Shown in pieces: positions 63,961 to 64,000 of a stretch of 64,000 nt of DNA. The notes under the pieces are model-generated. The model saw only the letters and a program-made list of their open reading frames with translations, was not told where the DNA came from and did not search any database. The stretch comes from Podarcis liolepis. Lineage: Eukaryota. The position numbers were made by a program, and so were the translations under genes. The stretch lies in NCBI GenBank assembly GCA_965112155.1, contig OZ218102.1; one strand, 5' to 3'. Every line of letters begins with the position of its first letter. Within the stretch, counting starts at the first letter, position 1.

Positions 63961-64000
63961 AACTTTAGGTGCTACACTACCTTGCCCGTATGCTACTGAA

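Overview
Vertebrate genomic DNA, very likely from a squamate and probably a lacertid lizard (inferred from Sauria/Squam SINEs, CR1/L2/L1 fragments and squamate-type MITEs). The only protein-coding gene I can support is RASGEF1A (Ras GEF domain family member 1A) on the minus strand. Six coding exons lie between 28563 and 2775 and give 277 codons, with all introns in phase 0 and one GC-AG donor. The gene's 3' part lies off the left edge of the window. The rest is intron or upstream sequence dense in transposon remnants. The most striking observation is that the only strong CpG island (about 53100-53900) is not free-standing. It is the interior of an intact 887-bp non-autonomous Buster/Charlie-type hAT element, with 13-bp perfect TIRs and an exact 8-bp CACTAGGC target-site duplication. 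The cargo looks like a portable promoter plus first exon: GC box, CRE and ETS motifs followed by two ATG/splice-donor pairs. It is oriented in sense with RASGEF1A, and both pairs splice in frame onto its first coding exon. Other points of interest are a four-layer nested transposon stack containing a hammerhead-ribozyme-like relic split by a MITE, several candidate alternative first exons, and SINEs with different tRNA heads on one CR1 tail. Gene and repeat family names are assigned from memory of consensus sequences, with no database search, and repeat boundaries are approximate unless TIR/TSD positions are given.
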